Shown piece by piece: positions 7,805 through 16,385 of a stretch of DNA of 18,743 nucleotides. Positions within the stretch are counted from its first letter, which is position 1, and each line of letters starts with the position of its first letter. The stretch lies in contig JBDRSV010000013.1 of NCBI GenBank assembly GCA_043824495.1, positions 1-18,743 of the forward strand, in the 5' to 3' direction. Under the pieces are notes generated by a model. That model had not been told where the DNA came from. It did no database searches and saw only the letters and a list, made by a program, of their open reading frames with translations. The stretch comes from Candidatus Aenigmatarchaeota archaeon. GTDB taxonomy: Archaea; Aenigmatarchaeota; Aenigmatarchaeia; QMZP01. A program made the position numbers and the translations under genes.

Positions 7805-9286
7805 ATGAAAGATTTAATGGATATCGCTAAGAGGAGAGGATTTTTCTGGCCATCTTTTGAGTTATACGGCGGTTCATCCGGATTTTACACTTACGGTCCT
7901 TTGGGATCTCTACTCAAATTGAATATAGAAGCTGTTATTAGAGATTGGTTCATTAGAAAGGAGAAATGTATAGCTGTGGATGCTCCTTTACTAACAACTG
8001 AGGACCCATGGGTAGCTAGCGGGCATGTTTCTAATTTCACCGATGTAACTGCTGAATGCACTGTTTGTGGAGAACCGTATAGAGCAGACCATTTGATAGA
8101 GGAAAAAACAAAGAATTCAGCTGAAGGTCTGAGTTTGGCACAGCTTGGAAAAGAGATAGAGAAGAATAAGATAAAATGCCCTAAATGTGGAGGGAAATTA
8201 GGAAATCTATACGATTACAACATGATGTTCAAGACGTATATCGGTCCTGGTAAAAACAAAGTCACTGGTTACCTTAGACCGGAAACCGCTCAAACAACAT
8301 ACATGCCCTTTAGAAGATTATATGAATTAGCAAGGAGACAGATTCCTTTTGGTGTTATACAATTTGGTAAATCATTTAGAAACGAAATTTCACCAAGACA
8401 GGCAATTATTAGACTGAGAGAATTTTCACAAGCAGAAATACAGTTCTTTGTAGATCCTAAAAACAAACACAAGCATGCTTCTTTTGGTGAAGTAAAAGAT
8501 TTGGAAATATCTGTTGTAACCAAGGAATCAGATAAGCAGAAAAAAATGACACTGGGAGATGTTGTGAAGAAAAACCACACAACTGAATGGATAGCCAATT
8601 ATTTGGGAGTCGCTGTCAATCTGTTTATTAGAATGGGTATAGATAAGAAGAAATTGAGATTGAGGCAGCATAAGGACAACGAAAGATCATTTTATTCAAC
8701 TGATACCTGGGATGTTGAATATGATTCTCAGACATTCGGTATGATAGAACTTGTTGGTATTGCAGATAGAACAGATTATGATTTGAAGAGACATATGGAA
8801 TTAAGCAAAAAGGATCTGTCTGTGGAAATAGATAGTAAGAAAGTTGTGCCACACGTCATAGAGATTGCATTTGGTATCGACAGACCAGTATTTTGTGTCA
8901 TGGAATCATCAGCTAAAATGGATAAAGAGAGGATGTATTTCAAATTCCCTTCAGAAATAGCACCATATAAAGTTGCAGTTTTCCCTCTTGTAAGGAAAGA
9001 TAAACTTCCAGAAAAGGCCAAGGAAGTATACAACATGCTCTATAAAGAAGGTTTCCTTGTTCTATATGACGAGGGTTTCATAGGTAAGGTTTATTACAGA
9101 CAAGATGAAGCCGGAACTCCATATTGTATCACAATAGATTATGATTCTCTGAAGAACCAGGACGTTACAATTAGAAGCAGAGATGATCAAAAGCAGATTA
9201 GAGTTAAGATAAAAGATCTTCCTCAAACTCTAAACGGTTTCTTATCTGGAAAATTAGATTTCTCTAAACAGGTTAAATTGCAGTGA
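7805..9286 (+). CDS. glyS: Glycyl-tRNA synthetase (alpha2, archaeal/eukaryotic type)
   Basis: AKRRGFFWPSFELYGG, YLRPETAQ, GKSFRNEISPRQAIIRLREFSQAE, EIAFGIDR, RQDEAGTPYCITID. Start placed at MKDLM (7805). Confidence 0.96.
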   Translation: MKDLMDIAKRRGFFWPSFELYGGSSGFYTYGPLGSLLKLNIEAVIRDWFIRKEKCIAVDAPLLTTEDPWVASGHVSNFTDVTAECTVCGEPYRADHLIEEKTKNSAEGLSLAQLGKEIEKNKIKCPKCGGKLGNLYDYNMMFKTYIGPGKNKVTGYLRPETAQTTYMPFRRLYELARRQIPFGVIQFGKSFRNEISPRQAIIRLREFSQAEIQFFVDPKNKHKHASFGEVKDLEISVVTKESDKQKKMTLGDVVKKNHTTEWIANYLGVAVNLFIRMGIDKKKLRLRQHKDNERSFYSTDTWDVEYDSQTFGMIELVGIADRTDYDLKRHMELSKKDLSVEIDSKKVVPHVIEIAFGIDRPVFCVMESSAKMDKERMYFKFPSEIAPYKVAVFPLVRKDKLPEKAKEVYNMLYKEGFLVLYDEGFIGKVYYRQDEAGTPYCITIDYDSLKNQDVTIRSRDDQKQIRVKIKDLPQTLNGFLSGKLDFSKQVKLQ

Positions 9287-9977
9287 ATGCACCCGCTAAA
9301 AGATCTGGACTGCCTGCAAACATTCCAATAAATGCCAAAGCTATTGCCAGTCCTATTACTAAGATTATTGCCAGGGGTATTATTATTGCCAATACTAATG
9401 AGCTTGCTGCTCTACCACATGTCATTCCATGCAACTTCATTAGACCTTTGCCTGTGATCACAAATGACCACAACCCAACTAAAATCGAGATTAGAATGGC
9501 TATTCCCAACAAACTGAGTGTTGTAACCATAGAAGCTGGATCACTTAATACAGTAGGAGACATAACTGTTCCCACTAAAATTAAAGATGGTATCCAACCA
9601 AAAACATACGACGGTGTTTCTCCGTAATAAACAGATTTCATTGTCTTTTCTAGTCCTTTACCGCCCATTAAATAAACCCATAAATGAAGCCATAGCGACC
9701 ATATAGAAAGTCCTACGAATAGAAAAACGTATGTTAAAGCGAATTGAAGTATGAAGCCCGAAGCAGCAACAAAGAAGGAGAAACCTCCCACAAATGCCGC
9801 CCCGGGATAAGCAGAGGAGAATGAGAATGTGATTGCACCCACAATTCCGTTGATGAGGGCCAGTATAAACCCTACTACCAGCATGTATTTTCCAGCGTCG
9901 CCTAACTGTGACTTCTTTTCTTTCTCAAACGCTGTTGAAGGAGATGATAAAAACTCCTTAGCCTTTCTACATAGCAT
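9273..9977 (-). CDS. Yip1-domain membrane protein
   Basis: P-x-x-AF N-terminal motif, about 5 TM segments, WLHLWVYLMGGKGLEKT, YGETP, GLMKLHG. Confidence 0.8.
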   Translation of the reverse strand: MLCRKAKEFLSSPSTAFEKEKKSQLGDAGKYMLVVGFILALINGIVGAITFSFSSAYPGAAFVGGFSFFVAASGFILQFALTYVFLFVGLSIWSLWLHLWVYLMGGKGLEKTMKSVYYGETPSYVFGWIPSLILVGTVMSPTVLSDPASMVTTLSLLGIAILISILVGLWSFVITGKGLMKLHGMTCGRAASSLVLAIIIPLAIILVIGLAIALAFIGMFAGSPDLLAGAFTAI

Positions 9978-9984
9978 ATTTCAT

Positions 9985-10581
9985 CTAATATGGATTGTAT
10001 AGACTTGAGGACATCAAAGCAATTGATGCTATGATCACTATAGGGATTATCAGAGCGATTATAATTGCTGCTGCCGTTCTTCCGCTAGATATTCCATGAA
10101 GTTTTGTTAAACCAACTCCTGTCAATACAAATTCCCACAACACAACAAAAATGTTGACTACCGGTATCCAAAATAGTATATATGTTGGAGATTTTCCGTA
10201 AAACAGTGCTTTGAATGTGTTTTCTAATCCCTTTCTTGCTCCGAATATATAAACCCAAACATGTAACCAGATGCCCCAAATGAGCGATACAACAATCATA
10301 CTCACGAACGATATGACGAATAACCCAACTACAAATAAAGCTGAGAATCCCCCAAGTAATGGAAGCATATTAACTGGTATTACACTCATTACTCCGAAAG
10401 CTGATAACATTGTTGCTAACAAGCTAAATACAAGTGTTCCCACTATTGTTAATATTATAGCGAAAACTAAGCTTCCGAAAACGAGATATTTGAATGCGTC
10501 TGACATTGATGTTTTTTTCTCTTTATTGAATGCTTTTGTTGGAGAGCCTAGGAAGGCAAATAGTTTATCAATGAATTCCAT
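9985..10581 (-). CDS. Yip1-domain membrane protein (paralog of neighbour)
   Basis: SPTKAFNKEKK, WLHVWVYIFGARKGLENT, YGKSP, GLTKLHG; colinear with 9273-9977. Confidence 0.8.
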   Translation of the reverse strand: MEFIDKLFAFLGSPTKAFNKEKKTSMSDAFKYLVFGSLVFAIILTIVGTLVFSLLATMLSAFGVMSVIPVNMLPLLGGFSALFVVGLFVISFVSMIVVSLIWGIWLHVWVYIFGARKGLENTFKALFYGKSPTYILFWIPVVNIFVVLWEFVLTGVGLTKLHGISSGRTAAAIIIALIIPIVIIASIALMSSSLYNPY

Positions 10582-10611
10582 AACTGATAATTAAATTCTC
10601 GCTTTATATAT

Positions 10612-10944
10612 TTAGTCTTTGGGTTTTTTCAGCATCATGATGGCCTCTGCAAGATCGCCGTTTGTGTCTCCCAGTGCTCTTTTTGCTTCTTCTTCTGTTG
10701 CTCCTGTTTGACTTACTACCATCACAACATCATCGCCTGTGAAAGGTTGTTTTGATTTTTCTGATACATCTCCAGATATTTGGAATGTTTCTTGTCCCAT
10801 CATGTTCACCTTTGATACCTGGGGATTAGAAATAACTATTTCTTTGTCTGCTGTTTTGATTATGACCTCTATTGCATCTATATTGTCCATTTGCATTCCC
10901 ATTTTCTTAGCCATTTTTTCCAATTGCTTTGGATTCATTTTCAT
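10612..10944 (-). CDS. nac: Archaeal nascent polypeptide-associated complex protein
   Basis: MNPKQLEKMAKKMGM, VIIKT...ISNPQVSKVNMMGQETFQISG, and a UBA-like tail DDVVMVVSQTGAT...GDLAEAIM. Confidence 0.95.
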   Translation of the reverse strand: MKMNPKQLEKMAKKMGMQMDNIDAIEVIIKTADKEIVISNPQVSKVNMMGQETFQISGDVSEKSKQPFTGDDVVMVVSQTGATEEEAKRALGDTNGDLAEAIMMLKKPKD

Positions 10945-10945
10945 A

Positions 10946-11632
10946 TTACAGCCCCTCTATGAAGTTAACTACATCTTTAATTTTATCGAACATTTTTATT
11001 GGTTCGAAGTCTATGTTCTCAACATATCTTCTCTTTACTGGTTCTTTTTTCATCCAATCGAATAAACCTTTCCAATATTCTTTACCTACACATATTAAAG
11101 GTATTTTACTTATAATTTGATTTTGCATTAACATCGCGTCTTCTAGTAGTTCATTTAATGTACCAAGACCTCCTGGGTAGAACACCAGTGCTTTGGTTTT
11201 TGCAAGCATGATAAATCTCTGAGAAAAGAAATAATGAAATTTTAGTGTCTTTGTTTTTAGTTGTGGCTCCCTATTCTTTAACAGATCCGCTTTCAAGCTA
11301 ATTGATATTGTTTTAGCTTCTATTGCCCCGGAATTTGCAGCTTCCATTATACCTTTACCATTTCCTGCAATAATTGCATATCCTCTCATTCCAAGCCCGT
11401 ATGCTAGTTTTTTCGCGTTTTTATACATTTTCTCATCTGGTGGAGTTCTTGAGGACCCAACAAAGCCAATTAAAGGCGAATCTACACGATTCAACAGGTT
11501 TATACCTTCGTCTATTTCTATTTGCGCTCTAGAAACAGTCCATTCTTCCTTGGCTTTATACATTTTATGCTTGTGGAATTTTTTCTTCACGGGAATTTCT
11601 TTGGTGGATTTTTTTGTTGACTTCTTCTTCAT
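10946..11632 (-). CDS. LOG family (TIGR00730-like) Rossmann-fold protein
   Basis: GFVGSSRT, GNGKGIMEAANSGA, FHYFF, PGGLGTLNE (PGGxGTxxE), YWKGLFDW. Confidence 0.85.
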   Translation of the reverse strand: MKKKSTKKSTKEIPVKKKFHKHKMYKAKEEWTVSRAQIEIDEGINLLNRVDSPLIGFVGSSRTPPDEKMYKNAKKLAYGLGMRGYAIIAGNGKGIMEAANSGAIEAKTISISLKADLLKNREPQLKTKTLKFHYFFSQRFIMLAKTKALVFYPGGLGTLNELLEDAMLMQNQIISKIPLICVGKEYWKGLFDWMKKEPVKRRYVENIDFEPIKMFDKIKDVVNFIEGL

Positions 11633-11711
11633 GTATTATATTATAATTCAAGTACTTTAAATCTATAATTCATTGAATCTATTTATTTTTTGAATTCAAT
11701 ACTTCACCTGA

Positions 11712-14333
11712 ATGAACGTACAAATACTTGATTTGGATTATGTAATTGTGAATGAAAGACCAATAATAAGAATATTTGGTAGAAACGAACAAAACAAATC
11801 TACATGTGTTTTCTATAAAGGTGTTGAACCATTCTTTTACACCACAGGTGACGTCGAAAAAATACTAGGGGACGATCCTCAAATAGTCAGAGTAGAAAAC
11901 GTTAAGAGGAAAGATATTTCTGTAAACAAGGAAATTGATATCAAGAAAGTCACAATAAAAAACCCATCAAAGACACCAGATCTGAGAACAAGGTTGGTAG
12001 AGGCTGGAGCTGATGTTTTTGAAGCTGATATTTTATTCAAATATAGATTCATGGCAGATAATGAATTGAGGGGGAGTAGTTGGATAAGTGTAACTGGAGG
12101 AACCGCTGCTACTGGTACTGTTCTCTCTGAAAATAAAATAGAAGCAAAACAAATAAAACCAATTAAAAAGCCGGAAGAGACTGATTTGAAGTATGCAGCT
12201 TTTGATATTGAGTGTGTTCCTACAAAAGCAGGCGAAATTCCTGATGCAAGAAGTGATCCAATAATCATGATAGCATTTGCGTTCAATAAACCTTACAAAG
12301 GACAGAATAATATTGTTCTATCAACTAGACCCGATCCTGGAGTGACGAGCTTTGCTACAGAAAAAGAAATGCTGGTAGAATTCATTAACATTATCAATAA
12401 TTTCGATGCTGACATTATAACAGGATTTAATGTGAACAATTTCGATATACCATATGTACTTGAAAGAATGAAAAAGAAGGGTGTGAGGCCTGTTTTTGGT
12501 AGATGTGCATCAAAACAGGTTATGGCCAAGAAAATGATGAATAGACACAAAATAATAATTACCGGCCGTGTTATTGTGGATAGTTATGAGCTTGTTAAGA
12601 AAGATTTCTCTTTGAAAAGGTACAATCTGAATACTGTCGCGAAAGAGCTTTTAGGTGAAGAGAAGATTGATGTTAAACATTCTGAAATTGAAAAATTATG
12701 GAACGGCAACCAAGAAGGATACAAAAAACTTATAAAATATAATCTTGTGGACGCTGAGTTGGCTCTAAGATTAGTGATTAAACACAATCTTGTAGACAAA
12801 TATAAAGCTCTTAGTAAAGTGTCTGGTGTACTTTTACAGGACAGCTTGGATAGTGGAGAAAGCACAAGAATTGAAAATTTCTTGTTAAGAGAATTTAACA
12901 AGGAAGGATATATTTTCCCCTCGAAACCATCAGCATCTGAAATAGCCAAACGTGATTCCAGAAAGAAAGTCGAACTAAAGGGCGGGTTTGTCATTGAGCC
13001 GATTAAAGATCTGCATAGCGATGTTGTTGTTCTAGATTTCAAATCAATGTACCCTTCAATTATTATTGGATTCAATATTTGTCCTACCACACTATCAAAA
13101 GAGGGCGACAATCTCATAACAACTCCGGGAGGTGTCACTTTCTTACCGAAGAACGTAAAACAAGGAATTATTCCGCGAATTGTAACTGAGTTAATGAGTA
13201 AAAGACAATCGGCTAAAAGGAGATTAAAAAAGGAAGACGATGTACTGAAGAAGAGGGTATTAGATGCAGAACAGTGGGCTTTGAAGATTATGGCCAATGC
13301 ATTTTACGGGTATCTTGGATATTCCAGAGCTAAAGTGTATAATCTTGATTTAGGAAATGCTATTACTTCTTGTGGTAGAGACATAATACAAAAAACGAAA
13401 CTCGCTATTGAAAATGAATATGGATATACCGTTGTTTACGGGGACACAGATTCTGTTATGGTTAAGCTTAATACAGATGACCTTGAAGAGCTCGGAAAAA
13501 TAGCAAGTAGGATGGCTGCGGAGATCACCAAAAAACTACCAGAATCCATCGAATTGGAATTTGAAAAGATATTCAAGAGGTTTTTACCTCTCACAAAAAA
13601 GAGATATGTTGCCTGGAAATTCGAGCCCAAGGGAGATGGATGGAAAGAAGGGATGGAGATGAAGGGCATAGAAACCGTGAGGAGAGATTGGTGTGAACTT
13701 GTGTCAGAATGTATGACAAATGTAATATCCATCATCCTGAAAAAGGATGATGTTAAAGGCGCTGTGAAGTATTTCAAAAGTATTATTAATGATTTACTTG
13801 AAGGAAGGGTTCCTATAAACAAGTTGGTTATTACGAAAGGCATGAGTAAACCCGTTAAGAGTTACGTAGGAATCCAACCTCATATAGAACTTGTGAAGAA
13901 ACTTCAACAAAGAGGTGAAGCTCCTGGTATAGGTGATAGAATTGGATATGTTATAATTAAGGGAACTGAAATGCTTTCCAAGAGAGCCGAAGATCCTTCA
14001 TATGTAATTGAGAAGGGACTTCAGATAGACTCTAGATATTATATTGAAAATCAACTGCTTCCACCAATAGAAAGAATATTTTCCGGTCTAAAAATTTCCA
14101 AATCAGAACTTCTTGGTGGTGGAAAACAAATGGGAATCTTTGATGCACTCAAGAAACACGAAGAAAAGCAAGTAGACAAAGAGATACCAATAGAACAAGT
14201 GAGAGGATTTATTTGCACCAAATGTAACAAATCCTATTCACGTGTACCATTAGTAGGAGCATGTGAATGTGGAGGCAACATATTATTTTCTTCTGAAAAG
14301 GGTCCGGTAGGAACTGTTTTGGTTAGTAACTAA
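11712..14333 (+). CDS. polB: Family B DNA polymerase (archaeal B3-like) with C-terminal Zn-finger extension
   Basis: Exo I FDIE, Exo II GFNVNNFD, Exo III YNLVD; polymerase motifs DFKSMYPSII, KIMANAFYGY, YGDTDS, TKKRY, KGIETVRRD; PIP-like QMGIFDAL; then CTKC-x12-CEC. Confidence 0.97.
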   Translation: MNVQILDLDYVIVNERPIIRIFGRNEQNKSTCVFYKGVEPFFYTTGDVEKILGDDPQIVRVENVKRKDISVNKEIDIKKVTIKNPSKTPDLRTRLVEAGADVFEADILFKYRFMADNELRGSSWISVTGGTAATGTVLSENKIEAKQIKPIKKPEETDLKYAAFDIECVPTKAGEIPDARSDPIIMIAFAFNKPYKGQNNIVLSTRPDPGVTSFATEKEMLVEFINIINNFDADIITGFNVNNFDIPYVLERMKKKGVRPVFGRCASKQVMAKKMMNRHKIIITGRVIVDSYELVKKDFSLKRYNLNTVAKELLGEEKIDVKHSEIEKLWNGNQEGYKKLIKYNLVDAELALRLVIKHNLVDKYKALSKVSGVLLQDSLDSGESTRIENFLLREFNKEGYIFPSKPSASEIAKRDSRKKVELKGGFVIEPIKDLHSDVVVLDFKSMYPSIIIGFNICPTTLSKEGDNLITTPGGVTFLPKNVKQGIIPRIVTELMSKRQSAKRRLKKEDDVLKKRVLDAEQWALKIMANAFYGYLGYSRAKVYNLDLGNAITSCGRDIIQKTKLAIENEYGYTVVYGDTDSVMVKLNTDDLEELGKIASRMAAEITKKLPESIELEFEKIFKRFLPLTKKRYVAWKFEPKGDGWKEGMEMKGIETVRRDWCELVSECMTNVISIILKKDDVKGAVKYFKSIINDLLEGRVPINKLVITKGMSKPVKSYVGIQPHIELVKKLQQRGEAPGIGDRIGYVIIKGTEMLSKRAEDPSYVIEKGLQIDSRYYIENQLLPPIERIFSGLKISKSELLGGGKQMGIFDALKKHEEKQVDKEIPIEQVRGFICTKCNKSYSRVPLVGACECGGNILFSSEKGPVGTVLVSN

Positions 14334-14767
14334 TTTAAATCTACCACCCCATTCACGTGTATGGATGCAACAGATGCATCATATAGAGGAGATTCTTTTG
14401 ATTATTGTGGGTGGGATCCGGATAATAGAAGATACTCGTGTTTATCTACGAAGAGGCAAAAGAATTCCTGGTAGTGTATAACCCTGGATATTAATCATTT
14501 ACTGACCATGTGAAGTATAACAGTGTTATGTGAATATTTCTGGTTTTTACACACCAAAAAAATGAACTTCATGGCATGCTGATTTCTAGGACACACAATT
14601 CACATCACAATTTACGTGAAGTTCCACTAGAAGGGAGGGGGTATTCCATGTGAAGTGTGGGTCCCTTCACAAATATTCATTTCGGCACACTGCGACACGT
14701 TCCATATGCAACGAGGGGGTGTATTTCACGTTACTGTGTGTGAGCTTCACTGAACCAGTCAATCCAG
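14334..14767. other. Putative replication origin (ORB-containing intergenic region)
   Basis: 433-bp gap between convergent genes with no long ORF. It holds two G-string ORB-like boxes, mini-ORB-like TTCCATGTGAAG (14644-14655) and a weaker inverted TCCA-N11-GGGGT (14346-14365), and lies within a polB/DP1-like/cdc6 cluster. Confidence 0.65.
14621..14720 (+). repeat. Pair of ORB-like direct repeats with G-strings
   Basis: GTTCCACTAGAAGGGAGGGGGT (14621-14642) and GTTCCATATGCAACGAGGGGGT (14699-14720): 16/22 identical, 78-bp period. Resembles the archaeal ORB pattern TTCCA-N3-GAAA...GGGGT. Confidence 0.75.
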
Positions 14768-15973
14768 TTAGATGAATATACCTGAATAAAACATGATTAA
14801 TGGTAACATGAGCACGCCCATACTCATACTACGCTTAACACCGTAAACTATTGGTAAAATACCAATAGCAGTTGAAACGAACAACACCAAAAGACCAATC
14901 GGTCCAGCTAATACCAATGTCATTATTACCAAAAACACTATTATGCTTTTGGTCATCTTAGAGTAATTTATTTTTTCTAAAACTTTTACCATTGGATTCA
15001 AGATCTTCATCAACAAAAGAGACGAAATCCCTGTAGCGAAAAGCGCGACTCCTAGTAAAATTAAGAGATCGGTAAAACCAAAAACTTCGATCAAATTCTC
15101 CACAGCAACAGCAGCTCCACTTCTAGCTCTTGATATAGTGTATAAAGATATTAATGAAAATAAAGCCACCACTGTGTTTATAGTGCCTATTGATATCAAG
15201 AATTCTTGTATGTTATTTTTTCTTGTTATTTGTTGTGTAAGAACAGTTGCCTGAGCAGCCCCAACACCTGGCAACACACCTAAAAACATACCGGAGAAAA
15301 CACCTTTCACAACACCAGAGATTATAATTTTATTTTTAATTCTAGGTAATCGTGTATTCTGCTTTGGTATGTTTGGTTTTTTATTAGCACTAATTACTAG
15401 TGCACTCATACCGAAAAGTCCCGTGAACACCGGAAAAAGAACTATGTGTAAAGGTAATATGTATGCATTCAATGTTAACATTCCTAAGATTCCCGATAAG
15501 AAAAAAATCAAGAGCGCGCACAATTTTTTTGTCCCTCTCTCTGTGAAAACCATCACCACGACAATTCCAATCAAAATTATGTGAATGTAGTTTTGAATAT
15601 TCTGATAAATGAAAGGTATAATCACTAACATTGGGAAGAATAGAATTAATGTTAACAACATCCCTCCAACACCACCCATAACAGTCAAATAAATTGCATG
15701 TATTCCTCTTCCTGTTAGTAGAAGCATGTGGCCAGGAAGTACGGACAGCGCAGTGTCTGCTTCTGGAGCTCCTAAGAACACGCTTGGGACGAAATCGAAT
15801 ATGGTATGTGTTATCGCCATCGCTATAATAACAATTACAATATTATACGGATTCCCAACAACCGCAAACCCCGTCAGTAGAAGTGTTATAGTATTCACGT
15901 GAAGACCTGGAATGAGTCCTGTTAATACACCAAGGGCACACCCTGCAACGGCAAATAATATTATCTCTATCAT
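14768..15973 (-). CDS. Archaeal TctA/DUF112-family membrane protein
   Basis: GLIPGLHVN, FLGAPEADT...LPGH, second-half repeat GVLPGVG; about 11-12 TM segments. No tctB or tctC nearby. Confidence 0.85.
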   Translation of the reverse strand: MIEIILFAVAGCALGVLTGLIPGLHVNTITLLLTGFAVVGNPYNIVIVIIAMAITHTIFDFVPSVFLGAPEADTALSVLPGHMLLLTGRGIHAIYLTVMGGVGGMLLTLILFFPMLVIIPFIYQNIQNYIHIILIGIVVVMVFTERGTKKLCALLIFFLSGILGMLTLNAYILPLHIVLFPVFTGLFGMSALVISANKKPNIPKQNTRLPRIKNKIIISGVVKGVFSGMFLGVLPGVGAAQATVLTQQITRKNNIQEFLISIGTINTVVALFSLISLYTISRARSGAAVAVENLIEVFGFTDLLILLGVALFATGISSLLLMKILNPMVKVLEKINYSKMTKSIIVFLVIMTLVLAGPIGLLVLFVSTAIGILPIVYGVKRSMSMGVLMLPLIMFYSGIFI

Positions 15974-16362
15974 CTAAACACTTCTATTATACCCAATCTG
16001 TAGATTATCTCCAACTCCCCACTATTCTCTGGGTATTCACTAATAATACCAGGAGCACACATAGAATTTCCTATATTAATTTCATATGGACTATTTTTAC
16101 TTTCGTTTAGGTGTATTGCGGTTGTGTTAAAAATGACGATTTTCATACTCCCGGTAGAATCTCCCACTGTAAAAAATATATGATTATTGGACACGGTTTT
16201 TGATTCTACTTCTCCGCATATTTTTACCTGTCTCCCAACATCCTCTATTGTTATACTCTCTATACTCATTTGTGTAGACGGTTGATTGACTACTAGAAAT
16301 AAAATCACGAGTCCTAGAACAGAAGAGATTATAGAAAGCATCTTCAAGGATCTGTTGTCCAT
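15970..16362 (-). CDS. Membrane-anchored OB-fold protein
   Basis: N-terminal TM helix, then VKICGEV...HIFFTVGDSTGSMKIVIF (OB-fold D-x-T-G pattern). Its stop overlaps the tctA-like start (ATGA). Confidence 0.8.
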   Translation of the reverse strand: MDNRSLKMLSIISSVLGLVILFLVVNQPSTQMSIESITIEDVGRQVKICGEVESKTVSNNHIFFTVGDSTGSMKIVIFNTTAIHLNESKNSPYEINIGNSMCAPGIISEYPENSGELEIIYRLGIIEVFR

Positions 16363-16385
16363 ATACTATTTTTTGGATAATATAA

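Noticed and set aside
11672-11700. Inverted repeat ATTGAAT...ATTCAAT upstream of polB
   Set aside because: Only 7 bp in very AT-rich DNA and not repeated elsewhere; likely chance.
11879-13843. Long antisense ORFs within polB (for example 12584-13297, 237 aa)
   Set aside because: They have the F/S/L/I-rich composition typical of reverse-strand shadows and no recognisable motifs.
14361-14481. Short ORFs after polB (14361-14474, 37 aa; 14365-14481, 38 aa) and the GATGCA-N5-TGCATC palindrome at 14364-14380
   Set aside because: Two overlapping frames are equally short, with no motif or RBS. The 6-bp palindrome has no U-tract or second copy.
14500-14750. CRISPR array
   Set aside because: The repeats are short, degenerate, in both orientations and irregularly spaced, and there are no cas genes.
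14500-14767. RNase P or SRP RNA (GAAGTTCC resembles RNase P CR-I; GAAGGGAG resembles SRP helix 8)
   Set aside because: No matching CR-V/P4 partner or SRP helix context was found, GC content is low, and the same bases are better explained as ORB boxes.
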